Assembly (NCBI GenBank): GCA_030141605.1
Contig: JAQGDQ010001093.1
Coordinates: forward strand, 1-63,564
Length of the DNA: 63,564 bases
Direction: 5' to 3'
Source of the DNA: Tubiluchus corallicola
Taxonomy: Eukaryota > Animalia > Priapulida
Made by a program: the position numbers and the translations under genes. Shown here one piece after another: positions 1 through 13,785 of this stretch; the first letter of the stretch is position 1, and each line of letters begins with the position of its first letter. The notes under the pieces were generated by a model that saw only the letters and a list, made by a program, of their open reading frames with translations, did no database searches and was not told the DNA's origin.

Positions 1-578
1 GTCAAAAGAGTGCAGAGATTTGCAAATAAATCATATCCGAACTGGAGCAGGTGGTAAAAAGGGCAGCTAACTAAGTAATGATTAGTTGTTTCATAAGTAG
101 AACCACATTGACTACTAGGTGATACCAGCGACCCGCCGGATTTTTAAATTTTCTGAGGTATAAATCGTGATTAAGTTGACAAAAACCAACTCTCATTCTA
201 GTATGGTGAACGAACGAATATCGATTACCACTTGAGAAGTAGGTGCTTATTAAGACGCATGTGATTCTTTAGTAGAGATTTAAAAATGTCTAAAGAGGTA
301 GAATGACGGATATCAAGAGGTCAATCCATATTGGTACTATATCATAACCAAAAGTGATTTTGCTTTTGTAATTTCACTAGTTGAAAGTCCTTTTAATTAT
401 GAGTTTAACCTTACTAGGTCTATGTTGATTAGGTAATTCAAATTTTCCGTATTCTGCACTTTGAAGGCTACTTAACAATTTAGCCTTGCTTCTACATTTT
501 TACATTCGACAAAAATAATTTGCTACGCTCTTTTTAGACAGCGCTGCCCACAATGCATTTCTTTGCCTTACATTTTAG

Positions 579-779
579 GGTACTTAGCTCAGTGGAGTGC
601 TACAATCCACAAACTGATTCGTGGAGCAAAGTCGCGGACATGAATGTTGCACGAGTGGGTTTCGCGCATACTGTGTTTGACTATTGTATATTCACTGTGG
701 GTGGTTTGTCTGAGACTAATCGCAAAGGTCAAATGCCGGTCAGCACGGCGGTCGAAATGTACGACCCAACAATTAACAA
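579..779 (+). CDS. Internal exon of a Kelch-repeat (KLHL-like) protein
   Basis: Translates VLSSVECYNPQTDSWSKVADMNVARVGFAHTVFDYCIFTVGG...VEMYDPTINK, with typical Kelch Y-x-P...W and GG motifs. Acceptor ttttag ends at 578; donor gtaagt starts at 780; phase 2 at both ends. Confidence 0.92.
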
Positions 780-860
780 GTAAGTCAATGACGTCAAATT
801 ATTATTATTAATACAATGATTATTATTGATATGATAATTATTATTATCACCACCATCACC

Positions 861-925
861 ATTACCACCGCCAAGTGGACCAGATTTCGGACTGCAACCT
901 CGCAGTCTTGAGTTCGAGGCTAGCT
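861..925 (+). mobile_element. Degenerate tRNA-derived SINE head fragment
   Basis: A-box-like ccaagtgg and B-box-like gagttcgagg at tRNA-like spacing. Confidence 0.3.
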
Positions 926-1510
926 AAATAGCTGTTACTGCTAAGGTTATCTGTTAAAGGAGCGACAGTAAATAAATGTTGTCTTTGTCTTTATCTTTTT
1001 CATCATCACTATCATCGTCGTCGACGCCATCAACATCATCATCATCAGTAGCATCATTTTCTTCACCACCTTCATCGTTATTATCATCATTATCATTATA
1101 ATCGTCGTCATTGTCACCATCATCATCATCATCATCGTCGTCGTCATCATCATCATTATATCTGTATTTGTTTAGCCCTGCTATAACAAAGGTGATACCT
1201 CGATCATAATCACCATCATCATATTTTTCGTTATCATCAAATCCTCGTTATTATTATCAATCCAAATTTGTTTTATACCCAGTTATTGTTATTATACCTT
1301 AATTGTTATTTTGCACATCACCAAGGGAGCAAATCGCAAATATTATGATGCTGTGGTTCGTTACGCGAAGGAAGAACTTGAGTTGAACGAGCTCCCGTTT
1401 TCACGTTACACCGTACCATTATTATAAGTTAAATTTGTCATATGTAGCAACTTAGTATAATATGTTGCAAATTTTTTGTAATAATAATATTTTGCAGTCA
1501 AATTAATACG

Positions 1511-1561
<51 letters not shown>

Positions 1562-1594
1562 TTTTTGTGTGTGTGTGTGTGTGACTATCTATAT

Positions 1595-1688
<94 letters not shown>
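1511..1688. repeat. (TG)n microsatellite, interrupted
   Basis: Direct reading; its inverted (CA)n counterpart is at 3233-3376. Confidence 0.95.
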
Positions 1689-1691
<3 letters not shown>

Positions 1692-1771
1692 CTATCTATT
1701 TATATATCTGTGTGTGTCTATCTATTTATATATCTATCTGTCAACTTAAACCGTTCACATTTACTTTTCAG

Positions 1772-1992
1772 ATGGGAAATGAAAAATCCTCTTCCGACGC
1801 CAAGGTGCTGGGCTTCCCTGTGCAATGTTTATGACATGCTCTATTTGATAGGAGGTGCTACAAATTCAGACGTTCAAGGAGAAATTTTGCAAAATTTAGC
1901 AACTATCGATATATATGATCCCGATAGTGACTTCTGGGAATACATAACATCTTTGAGTGAAGACAGGCGGAGGAGCACAGCTGCCGTTGCAG
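1772..1992 (+). CDS. Next internal exon of the Kelch-repeat protein
   Basis: WEMKNPLPTPRCWASLCNVYDMLYLIGG...IDIYDPDSDFWEYITSLSEDRRRSTAAVA. Acceptor ttttcag ends at 1771 and joins the previous exon in frame (AA|A = K). Donor gtagga at 1993 (phase 1). Confidence 0.92.
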
Positions 1993-2929
1993 GTAGGAAG
2001 TTGATGTTGTTGCTGTTTTCCAGTCATCGTTATTCGTACTGGCGCTGAAGTCACTGGCACTGTTGCTGTTTACCACATTCTTGCTGTTCGTTGTCGGGCA
2101 TAATTACCATTCAATAGGTTTCTTGGTTGGGCTGGTTGGAACTTCCAGCCAGGCAGATGACTATTGACCATTTAGATGCTTCCACTGCACACGATACAGT
2201 TTTCGCCAGCTCTCAAATCTTTCCAAAAAGCCACAGTTTAATTAGTTTTTAGCTGATAACTCCCACTATATCTCAATCTAGAGAAATATATTTTGCCGGT
2301 CTGAAAGACTATTCATTTGCAATCACTCTGATGTAAGTTCTATATAAGCCGCTGCGCAGCTATAACTACAAAATCACTAACAATTTACGGAGCGTAAAAT
2401 TTACGTGCACATTACAAATAACACAACAACAATAAGATAGTGGTACAGACTCACGACCTCATGTCATATCACCATGGGCAACAATCTGTTTTGACATTTA
2501 GACATGTGACCTTTGGTCTCCTGGTCTTACCCAAGTCTATCTTTGCATAGCCATGTTTTTTGTGTGCAGACCTTTTGAACCCAGAATCAATGGGTTTCCA
2601 ACTCTTACCCAGACCTGTTCCTGAGTCGAGTTTGGTGATTCTAATTTCACCAGTCTCTATTTTATTATCCGGGCAAACATACACACAAACGGCCTACCTT
2701 ACGTGGGTTGCAAAAATAACATAAACTCACAACGACGGTAAACACAGTAACAATAGCAACAACCACAATGACAAGGACAATGATAAAAAGCACCAACAGT
2801 AACAGAAGAGTAGCAACCGGCAATGACAATGACACAAATAATAATGATAACAACAGCAACAGTGCCAGTGACTTCAGCGCCAGTACGAATAACGATGACT
2901 GGAAAACAGCAACAACATCAACTTCCTAC

Positions 2930-3150
2930 CTGCAACGGCAGCTGTGCTCCTCCGCCTGTCTTCACTCAAAGATGTTATGTATTCCCAGAAGTCACTATCG
3001 GGATCATATATATCGATAGTTGCTAAATTTTGCAAAATTTCTCCTTGAACGTCTGAATTTGTAGCACCTCCTATCAAATAGAGCATGTCATAAACATTGC
3101 ACAGGGAAGCCCAGCACCTTGGCGTCGGAAGAGGATTTTTCATTTCCCAT
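2930..3150 (-). pseudogene. Inverted, apparently identical copy of Kelch exon 1772-1992 with both splice sites
   Basis: Reverse complement of 1772-1992 (paired coordinates sum to 4922); part of inverted duplication ~1598-2070 / 2852-3324. Confidence 0.85.
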
Positions 3151-3230
3151 CTGAAAAGTAAATGTGAACGGTTTAAGTTGACAGATAGATATATAAATAG
3201 ATAGACACACACAGATATATAAATAGATAG

Positions 3231-3327
<97 letters not shown>

Positions 3328-3342
3328 TATATAAATAGATAG

Positions 3343-3379
<37 letters not shown>

Positions 3380-3414
3380 TATACATAATTTTGTTAGTAC
3401 AGGTTATATAGATT

Positions 3415-3796
3415 TTACACGTCAAATGTAGACGCAGGAAAGTTCAAATGTGACTTAGGTAAGTCAAACGTAGATGCATCACTTTGAATAAATCGGTAAT
3501 TAACTGATTTATTAAGTGCAAATTACAAAGAAACATTGTTTATTTTAAGAATGTATTGTTTTCTTTAACAGTTCCAATGGTATGTAAAGTTTGCAGAATA
3601 TTAGTGAACCTATAACGTTGTTATTTTATCTTAAGAGCAAGTATTAAATTGAAATTAAAGAAGATTAAATTTAACATCCTTAAACTTTACCACCTATCCA
3701 CATTTGAGATACCGATGTCACATTTGAGTTACCAAGACACATTTGAATTACCTAAATCTACATTTGAGTTAACGCAGGTCTCCATTTGACACGTAA
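3415..3796. mobile_element. Foldback/MITE-like element with imperfect terminal inverted repeats
   Basis: tacacgtcaaatgtagac ... gtctccatttgacacgta, plus repeated caaatgt / acatttg subterminal motifs. Confidence 0.55.
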
Positions 3797-4100
3797 CACC
3801 TATATATGGTATTTTCTGTTTTTTATGAATCACTGTTTTTTGCGATTGATGCTGTTGGCTAAAACCGCAACCATTGCCATACGTAAAGATATTGTTACTA
3901 ATACAAAAAAAGAAAAATGTGACTGACTACAGCTGCTACTGTTGCTGCTGATGTTACTGTAGTCGTTGTTATTGTTGATGAGCTGCTGCTGTGGCCATAA
4001 TTGCGATGCTGACATTGTTGTTGAGTGCCGCTGTTGTTGTCATAATCATCGTCGTTTTCGGTTAACCCTCACTGTTTGCTTTTATTTATGTCATTTTCAG

Positions 4101-4237
4101 CAAGATCCCTGTCCTCACTTGCTCTAAAGTCAAATCTATCGGGATTATCACAGCGACTGAAAATATGGAAAGAGAGCCTAGTATCCTCTCTCCCTAAACA
4201 GAGCAGTGTTTGTTCTTGCCTCGTGCCTGTGTTGTGA
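4101..4237 (+). CDS. Possible terminal exon of the Kelch gene
   Basis: Pyrimidine-rich acceptor tttatttatgtcattttcag ends at 4100. The phase-1 frame, compatible with exon 1772-1992, is open: (A)RSLSSLALKSNLSGLSQRLKIWKESLVSSLPKQSSVCSCLVPVL*. Only weakly Kelch-like (W...SSLP). Confidence 0.3.
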
Positions 4238-4403
4238 TGGTCTGATAGTTATAATGAATGAAACCTCCTCTCACCCGTCTGGCTAAAGGCAGAGCACATC
4301 TTAGGTCAAATGAGAAACAAATAAACAATAACTTTGCAGCGGCTTAGGAACAAATTGCCACCACATTGCTGGTCTTCGCTGATGTTTCTTTAGAAGCGCG
4401 TAT

Positions 4404-4946
4404 GTGTCTAAACATTACGACAATGTGGCGGTTCCATGTTAGGGTGTTTAGCTTCCATTGTCTAAACATTACAACAATGTGGCGGTTCCATGTTAGGGTG
4501 TCTAGCTTCCATTGTCTAAACATTACAACAATTTGGCGGTTCCTTGTTAGGGTGTTTAGCTTCCAGTGTCTAAACATTACAACAATGTGGCAGTTCCTTG
4601 TTAGGGTGTTTAGCTTCCATTGTCTAAACATTACAACAATGTGGCGGTTCCATGTTAGGGTGTTTAGCTTTCAGTGTCTAAACATTACAACAATGTGGCA
4701 GTTCCTTGTTAGGGTGTTTAGCTTCCATTGTCTAAACATTACAACAATGTGGCGGTTCCTTGTTAGGGTGTTTAGCTTCCATTGTCTAAACATTACAACA
4801 ACGTGGCGGTTCCATGTTAGGGTGTTTAGCTTCCAGTGTCTAAACATTACAACAATGTGGCGGTTCCATGTTAGGGTGCTTAGCTTCCAGTGTCTAACCA
4901 TTACAACAATGTGGCGGTTCCATGTTAGGGTGCCTAGCTTCCAGTG
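4404..4946. repeat. 63-bp minisatellite, ~8.5 copies
   Basis: Unit tgtctaaacattacaacaatgtggcggttccatgttagggtgtttagcttcca(t/g); repeats head to tail. Confidence 0.9.
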
Positions 4947-6613
4947 AAAGATCTGTGATAGCTCTGGTTTAAGTTTGCGTTACATATTCAAAAATATAGT
5001 TCGTCCAGCCGATGCTATTGCCAAAACTTTTCTGTCAACGCTGTACTCAGAGTACAGTCACTATTAATACATGTTACAGTACAGACAAAACAGCTGAAGA
5101 AATTATTATAAAATTATTGTATGTTTTTTGTAGATAATTTAGATTTTAGATTTAGATTTAATATTTTATTTCAAACTTCACAAAGTTCACATACACATCA
5201 CAAATTAATACAAATAATACAATAAATCATGAAACACAATACGTTCACAAAACGGTAACTTAAGTAAATGATGCTCTGTGAAAGATATTTGTGAAGTCGA
5301 AATTGAACACTGGTATAAACAACTAAACAAACACTATGCAAAAACATGGCTTCACATATCCCATTACAGAAAAATAGGGGAGATACAGTGAGTTTGAATA
5401 TTCATTGGAACATACAATTGCATTAAGGGGTGAATTCAACTAGTAAATGTTTAAAGTAACGAATCAATAGATGACAGCACCTAAATATACAGTTACAACG
5501 TGCACAGTCTCTATTCTTGATTTTTCCTTCAGAAGCTTTGGTCATTCAGCAGCTGGAACCAATTTCATATTTGTGCTGAGGGACAGCAATTACTGTTCAC
5601 TTTCTAGGCATTTAGAAAGAAATTTCACCAGAATGTGGAAACAACTTAGAAGTAAAAGTTCAATAGGCAGTAGACAAATATTTCTTAAACCCCTTTACAT
5701 TACAACCGGTAATAAACAACCTATTCAGGAAAAGTTGTTGTTTTCCCACTTTTTTCCTGATTACCGGGATCTTTTTCAAACCTAACCACCCTAGTGCAGC
5801 TGTTTTCATTCATTAACTCTAATATCACCCTTTAAATGTTTTGCTGTTTTAGGGTTAAATAAATTCTTTGAGTGTTTCTGCCAAGTTTTGTTACTAGTAA
5901 TTAAAATGGCTTCCCTTAGGTTATTAGGTTATCACTTTCATCTGTTTAAACGCTGTTTTACTACTCTGCTTTGTCTAGCTGGCAGGTTTTTTTCTTGGCA
6001 ACAGCTTATTAGCTGCTACGCCCCGTTCAAAAAAGTTAAATCTATTTTTACTTTACGTCATTAAAAAGCTTGTTTGCGTAACTTTTTTAAACTGGTGAAA
6101 GTTCACAGTTATTTTGTTGTCATACGCTAACCCTGGCCTACTATAAGAACCAGGGCCAGACCACTGAATTTTAGCAAGTTAGTTTTTCTGGAACGAAACA
6201 ATGGGACAGTCGTATAAATTTACATGTTTAAAAAGATGGCCAAGATTTCACTGGATAACCGTATATATAATCTATATTCGCCATCCTGACTGGAGTTTAC
6301 TTGATATGTTTCTATAATATGCCTCTTTTCCAACGCCAGATAAGTTAAGAAGAACAGAATCGATTTCTTGCACAGATAATTGAACTAAATTGAGTCGTTT
6401 CAGATGTTGTCCTTTGTCTCGCCTTATTTGGTGGTAAATTAAACAATTTATTATATTAAACAAAACAGGTTCCTTGTACAAATTCACTTTTTCATTGGCT
6501 TAATTGCGTTTTCAGTAAAAGAGCAGTGAGATTGGGTATTTAAAATTAATGACACAAGCAAATTTAGCTTTAAATCTTGATCTAATAATTGATTTTAAAA
6601 ATGATGTAAATGC

Positions 6614-7070
<457 letters not shown>

Positions 7071-7655
7071 CAAAATAAAAGAAAACAAAAAAGAAGAAAA
7101 AGAAAAACAGAGAGATCTAAACTTCCCTGCTCCAAGGACATGATATCAGTTGCAGAAATAAACAGTTTAAGTTTGATTACATCAGGCAGTATTCTTTCTT
7201 ATGTTTAAAGGCTTAAAGCAAATGTTGTTCATTAGAAATTCCGCAAAATCTATTCTGTCAAATTCTAGTCAAATACAAACAAAATAATGATAGAATTACA
7301 TCATTAAATCTCATCATTCCTATCATGTGGGTAACCTTAGTAACGTTTTCACGGGAGCACGCTGCTAACAGAGTCAAAACACTCGGCTTAACTTGTCGCC
7401 TCCAGAAACCTCTTGTTTACATGGAAGGGATCTCAAAAGATTAAGAGGTGACAACGCTAAACGCAAGGCTAACAAAACAGGACTGAATTAAACTCATTTC
7501 CTGTGACGAATTTAAAATAATTTGCGCTTAGAAACTTTTGAGCCATTCAAAGTTAAATTACCAGATTAAAATTCAAATTGCAAACATGTGTAATAGTAAT
7601 TGAAATTATTTAACGGCGGAAGTTGATTTTAGTTCCCTATTGCTCGCAGAATAAC

Positions 7656-8032
7656 AAGCCTTTTCACAGTTTCGTTGTGCGCACGCGCAGTTGCCGCAGG
7701 TGAAACGTTAAGTGTACCACAAGTACTATAACCAGCACGTGTCATGTGGGTAAAGTAAAGCTGTCTGTTGCCTCAGTTCAGTAACTGCAGTTGTTTTACG
7801 CGGAGTTTACTTAATTATGCATTAGTCTGAGCGTAGAGTAATTTACTAGCAGGATCTTGCTTGGGAACAAGAAAAAATGAACTAGGTAAGGTTACAGCTA
7901 GCTGTTAAAACTGTTACTATTACAGTAGCATGGGCTGCAAGGCGTTGTCAGTGTAAACAAATGCGTTGTCTGGTACACTTAACCTTTGACCTTTTCACCA
8001 TCATCATCAATTGCTGAGCTGTGAAAAGGCTT
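7656..8032. mobile_element. Unclassified MITE (TIR aagccttttcacag)
   Basis: TIR aagccttttcacag ... ctgtgaaaaggctt; diverged inverted copy at ~28682-29040. Confidence 0.7.
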
Positions 8033-8679
8033 ATTTTTAATCAAAAGATCTAAAAACACCTAAAGTTTCACAAAAGATTCGAGCCCGGGTCTTCCCGTGG
8101 GTATCCATCATTAAAATAATTTGCATGCGATCCGTCAGCCTTAAGTTCGATACCTGGTCGGGATAAAGTTTAGAATTTTAAGTTTATGTCATCTAGTTTT
8201 AGTATTTTATATAAAATCTCTAATTTTTACCAATTTGGTGAACAAGCTGTTATAGATTAATTAATAAATGGTTTTATAAGAAAAACAATTAAAATATTAG
8301 TTGCAACTTTTCTTTTTGAATGAAATCTTGTACGACACTTTAATTTGCCATAAAACCTAATTTCCACCAAGGAAGAAAATTAAGAACAGTTTTTCTTAAC
8401 AAAAGTTACAGCACCAAGGTGTCAATTATACGCTAACTTGTCGTGATAATCTGATTTTAATTAACTTTGCTAATATTTTGTTAGATAATTTTATTTTGTC
8501 ACTAACCTAATGGGATTAATTAATTTTATAAAATTGTTATCAATATCAGTTTGGAAGGTAATGATAATCTAGCATAGCTATTGTAGGTTGTTAAATATGA
8601 AATGTTAATATTGTTAACTGTTATAGCCCTGCAAATAGAGGACGCATGTATATATGTATGTTTATATGCTTAAAATAAA

Positions 8680-9423
<744 letters not shown>

Positions 9424-9524
9424 TAGCAAAAGTGAAGGAGAGCTCTACTTACGATTTAATTTCACAACTGGTACTAATTTATTTTAACTAAATAAATTAA
9501 CTATTTACTATCTTAACTACTTAC

Positions 9525-9623
9525 AGTTGATGTATGGAGACGAACTGAGATGATGTAGCGAGTGGTCAAGCCAAGGTGTTGGGTTTCCTTTAGAATCTGG
9601 CACGCTTGTGAAGGCACCGTTAC
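9525..9623 (-). CDS. Dbx: Putative exon 2 of the Dbx-type homeobox gene
   Basis: 99-nt open exon (G)NGAFTSVPDSKGNPTPWLDHSLHHLSSSPYIN between acceptor ttgcag and donor gtaagt. Phase 1/1 matches the exon 1 donor. From memory, vertebrate Dbx1 has a similarly short exon 2. Confidence 0.6.
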
Positions 9624-9675
9624 CTGCAACCAAAACTCAAGTTCAATTTTGATTTTTTACTTCCTTAGAAATCTA

Positions 9676-10075
9676 TAGTGTAGTGTAGTGTAGTGTAGTG
9701 TGGTGTGATGTGGTGTGGTGTGGTGTGGTGTGGTGTGGTGTGGTGTGGTGTGGTGTGGTGTGGTGTGGTATGGTATGGTATGGTATGGTATGGTATGGTA
9801 TGGTATGGTATGGTATAGTATAGTATAGTATAGTATAGTATAGTATAGTATAGTATAGTATAGTATAGTATAGTATAGTATAGTATAGTATAGTATAGTA
9901 TAGTATAGTATAGTATAGTATGGTATAGTATGGTATAGTATGGTACAGTATGGTACAGTATGGTATGGTATGGTATGGTATGGTATGGTATGGTATGGTA
10001 TGGTATGGTATGGTATAGTATAGCATAGCGTAGCGTAGCATAGCATCGCATAGCATAATATAGTATAGTGTAGTG
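9676..10075. repeat. Pentanucleotide microsatellite (TGGTG/TGGTA/TAGTA)
   Basis: Direct reading. Confidence 0.95.
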
Positions 10076-10910
10076 TAATGCTGACGTAATTATGTTATGA
10101 CGTCTTTATATAATATGGATAGTGTCAAACAATGACAACAGCAACGGCAACGGCAACAACAAAGACGACGACGACAACAGCAACAACAATAACAACAGCA
10201 ACAGCAACAGCAGTGTCAGTGGCAGCGGCAAATGTGCAAGTGTAAGTGCAATAGTAGCAGACAGAACAACAACAACAACAGTGACAGCAGCAGCAGCATC
10301 AACATTAACATCAACCACAACAGCAGCGGCAGCGGCAGCGGTAGCAATAGTAGTAGAAAGAGCAAGAACAACAATGCGGCCACCTCCAAAGCAACAACAG
10401 CTCAACAACACTACAGACAACACAAAACCACATTCACAACAGATTAAAACACGTCCAGGTTTTATGATGGCTCTTACGAATAAGAATTAACAGAGAGGTT
10501 GTGCACCTGTGTGAGAGAAAGCTACGTGCTTTATAAATCCATTTCACGTTTTCACAATAGAGGTCGCTATTGTGTTCTGAAGCTCACGACATCTATACAG
10601 CGACCCCTATTGGAAACTTTTCAATGCATGCACTTGATCAACCAATGTTCAATGTCCATTTCAAAGCTAAGCAAAGGATTAAAGGTAAAATAGTGAAGTG
10701 TTTTATTCAAGAGGAAAATTATTATGAATATTTTCTTACACTAGCACAAATATTTTATTTATTATTAGGCGTAATGTGTTTATGATGTATAAACTGCACT
10801 AAGGTTAGTACTAATACTATTTATGGCATTACTTTAACATAATAAGTCGTATTTTTAATGCTTTTCTCTGTACTCAGCAGCAGACGTATTTAAACAACAT
10901 TAATTTTTAA

Positions 10911-11430
10911 AGGAAAACCGGATGATTGTGTGGACATGAGTTCAGAATAAAGAATGCTATAAAATATTGAAAACTACAATAGCTTTTTTTAAAATTAAAA
11001 CTTAGATTAAATAATAATTATCTCAGATACTCAAATTTCGTTAAACTTTCAAAGCTACGTGTAGCTCAGTGAATCTACTAAGATTGGCAGCAGCGCCTTT
11101 TTGTCACACGTGGTAACCATGATCGTGAACTGTTGTGTTAGTTTCTGACGTCATATGATGTAAAGCTCATTTTTCGTGACTTCATGCGTTTAATCACTAA
11201 CACTTATGCAAATGTGTTTGACGCGCAACTGAAGATGCCTGCCATTGCACAAACTGTGGTTAGTTTCCGACGTAAGCAACAGTTGTGTTCGGTTGCCATT
11301 AATTAACTTTCTAAGCTAACGTTCAAATATTATTCAAAGGAACAATTGCTAACTTTTATAGGCAAGAAAATGTATATTTTGGCCAATAAGTTAAAATGAG
11401 AGTGAGTCTAAACAATCTTCCGGTTTTCCT
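10911..11430 (+). mobile_element. Kolobok/T2-like MITE, family A
   Basis: TTAA|aggaaaaccggatgattgt ... acaatcttccggttttcct|TTAA; homologous copies at 22914 and 23995. Confidence 0.85.
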
Positions 11431-11730
11431 TTAATTGTGTCCGATTGGCTAGCTTAGGACAGCTCACAGGTTTATTATGTACGATTATTTCCATTTTTCA
11501 ATTTTTAGAAAGGAACTAAAATTATTCACACATCATATAATACACAAACAGTAGCGACATGGTAAACAAGGAGCAACTGTTTTTTTAGCCGCATGATGGC
11601 GCTGTTGGCGGGTTCACGTTGTGTCAGTAGTATAGGTAACTGCTTTGTAACTAACTCAGTGAAACAAAAGTAGGTCTATGAACTGTTTCAATAGTTACAG
11701 TTCGAATTTCAAACCGTTGTTAACAAGTTG

Positions 11731-11821
11731 CCTTCGATAGCTCAGTTGGTAGAGCGGAGGACTGTAGTGGTCATCAATTTCAGTAATCCTTAGGTCGCTG
11801 GTTCAAATCCGGCTCGAAGGA
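11731..11821 (+). tRNA. tRNA-Tyr: tRNA-Tyr(GTA) with an 18-nt intron (11768-11785)
   Basis: Matches canonical metazoan tRNA-Tyr: CCTTCGATAGCTCAGTTGGTAGAGCGGAGGACTGTAG / ATCCTTAGGTCGCTGGTTCAAATCCGGCTCGAAGGA. Anticodon at 11764-11766; intron at the canonical 37/38 position. Confidence 0.97.
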
Positions 11822-11823
11822 AA

Positions 11824-11830
11824 TTTTTTT
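11824..11830 (+). terminator. Pol III oligo-dT terminator
   Basis: T7 run 2 nt after the tRNA 3' end. Confidence 0.8.
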
Positions 11831-12534
11831 AGCTTGAAGCTATTTTTCGTTTATTTTACTTCGTTTGGTTTTTTATTGTACTTCACACAAACACGAGTTT
11901 TATTTAAATTTAAATTTGGAAAAACCTAAATAATTTCGAGTATTGTTTCTTCGTTTTATTAGGTTACCATCGACATCACTCTGGGTACCAAGATCACCAC
12001 TTAAGGCACCTAGAGTGCCACGTGATTTATCTATTAAAGTGCAAATTTTAAATATAAAATTTCTTTTTTATTCTAATTCCTCTGTTTTTGGAACGCTATG
12101 CAGAAAATCCGATTCTATTTAAACGGAGATAAAATTTTGGATATAACATTCTGATTTCCTTGAAAGAACATTCTTACAATCCGTAAAACAGCTGGGCCTT
12201 GATGCTCGTTTTTGTAAAAAAATTGTAGCTTTGTAATACAGCTGCATAGTGAGCTTACTTAGCTTAATCTATTTGTAACGATTGTAGCAATAATGGGATA
12301 GCAAGATGTTTAGTTATAATAATAATAATAAATAATAATAATAAATAAATTAATTAAAAAAAAGTTACCAACATTCTCAATGGCTCCCCTAAAACAAAAC
12401 AACAACAACAATGTGCTTTTTGTAATATTTCTGATTCGTTTGTGGAGTTTTTTAATTATTTGTTTTTTTGGTGCGCCTGTTTCTTGTGAATTCAAATCCT
12501 GAAAATTATAATATTTAGCTGATGCTAATTGTAT

Positions 12535-12603
12535 CGTACAACAACAACAACAACAACAACAACAATCATAGTAATAATAATAATAATAATAACAGTAATA
12601 ATA

Positions 12604-12667
<64 letters not shown>

Positions 12668-12700
12668 TAACAACAGCAACAACAACAATAATAATAATTA
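12535..12700. repeat. (ACA)n/(ATA)n microsatellite
   Basis: Direct reading. Confidence 0.9.
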
Positions 12701-12973
12701 AAAACAGTAAAACACCTTTTGTCATACAAAATCTATATTATGCTAATGTTGTGCTTGTTGTAATATTTCTGATTCGTTTACGCAGTTTTTTTATTATTGA
12801 TTTTGTTTTTTGGTACGTCCGTTTCTTGTGAATTCAGGACGTGAAAACTCGCTGGACGCGAGCATTTTTCTAAAGCATTTTATTTCATGCTCATTGTATC
12901 ATACAACAGCTGCTTTTCATTATTTTTTCGCAATGCATTTTTCATCATATCTTTTTGTTGTTTTCTGGATTAA

Positions 12974-13614
12974 AGGAAAAGTCAAGCCTTTTGAGAAGTT
13001 GGTCTTATTTCAATTTTCGTGAAAAATGTTAGAAGGATTCAGTAATAAAAGTGTGCTAAGCACAATTGGTGTAATTAGTAAAAGTACTTTAAAGTCGCGA
13101 TCACTTCACATTTCAAGCTTCCATTTTTAACGTCCTTCTTCCACCAATGACGTCATTCAGAAAAGTAGCGCACTGTCAGTTTCTACCAAAAGTATAATAA
13201 GTTTTCACAAACAATTAGATAGTCAATTTTCTGATATTTGTGGATGAATATTAGTTAGGCTGTAGAAGTATGAATCAGTTTAAGCAATGCTTGCTTACGG
13301 AAAGCTACGATAGCCTAAATTTCACTTCAATTTTCATTTCATTGCATTTCGGAAACGCATTGCACAAAAAACAGGTGCTGTACCTCTCAGTTCAGATGTG
13401 TTAGTTTGTGACGAGCTCATGCGTGAGCACAGCGGATAATTTGAAATTTGAATTTTTATCTTAAAACTTGCCTAGTTTTAGTACAACACATCATAGCCTA
13501 AATTAGCTTTGTACTTTACAGACTGCAAAAAAGTCAGTTTCTTTGCTATGTTTTTCTAAGTTTAAATCATAACAGTAAAATAGTCCCATCGTGCTAAATG
13601 ACTTGTCTTCTCCT
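12974..13614 (+). mobile_element. Kolobok/T2-like MITE, family B, containing a family C fragment (~13343-13490)
   Basis: TTAA|aggaaaagtcaag ... cttgtcttctcct|TTAA; internal homology to copies at 35993, 52350 and 29230. Confidence 0.75.
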
Positions 13615-13785
13615 TTAATTTTTAAGAATTAATGTTAAAAGATTTTTCACTTTGTTCGTGTCTGTATTTTCCCGTTCTTGCTTAATTATCTGATGACGTT
13701 TACGTCACCATAAATCTTTACGCATTCCTAATTTTGAATTTAAAATATTAAATTGATACAGCGGTAAACACCACGAGAAAATTAA

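Noticed and set aside
2469-2700. ORF in the fold-back spacer as the next Kelch exon
   Set aside because: No GG or Y-x-P Kelch motifs, and the phase-compatible frame contains a stop.
5553-5561. Minus-strand TGG TTC CAG (WFQ) as a possible Dbx homeobox helix 3
   Set aside because: Context reads *NWFQLLND with nearby stops, not KIWFQNRR.
8070-8165. tRNA-like B-box strings
   Set aside because: No cloverleaf can be formed; at most SINE debris.
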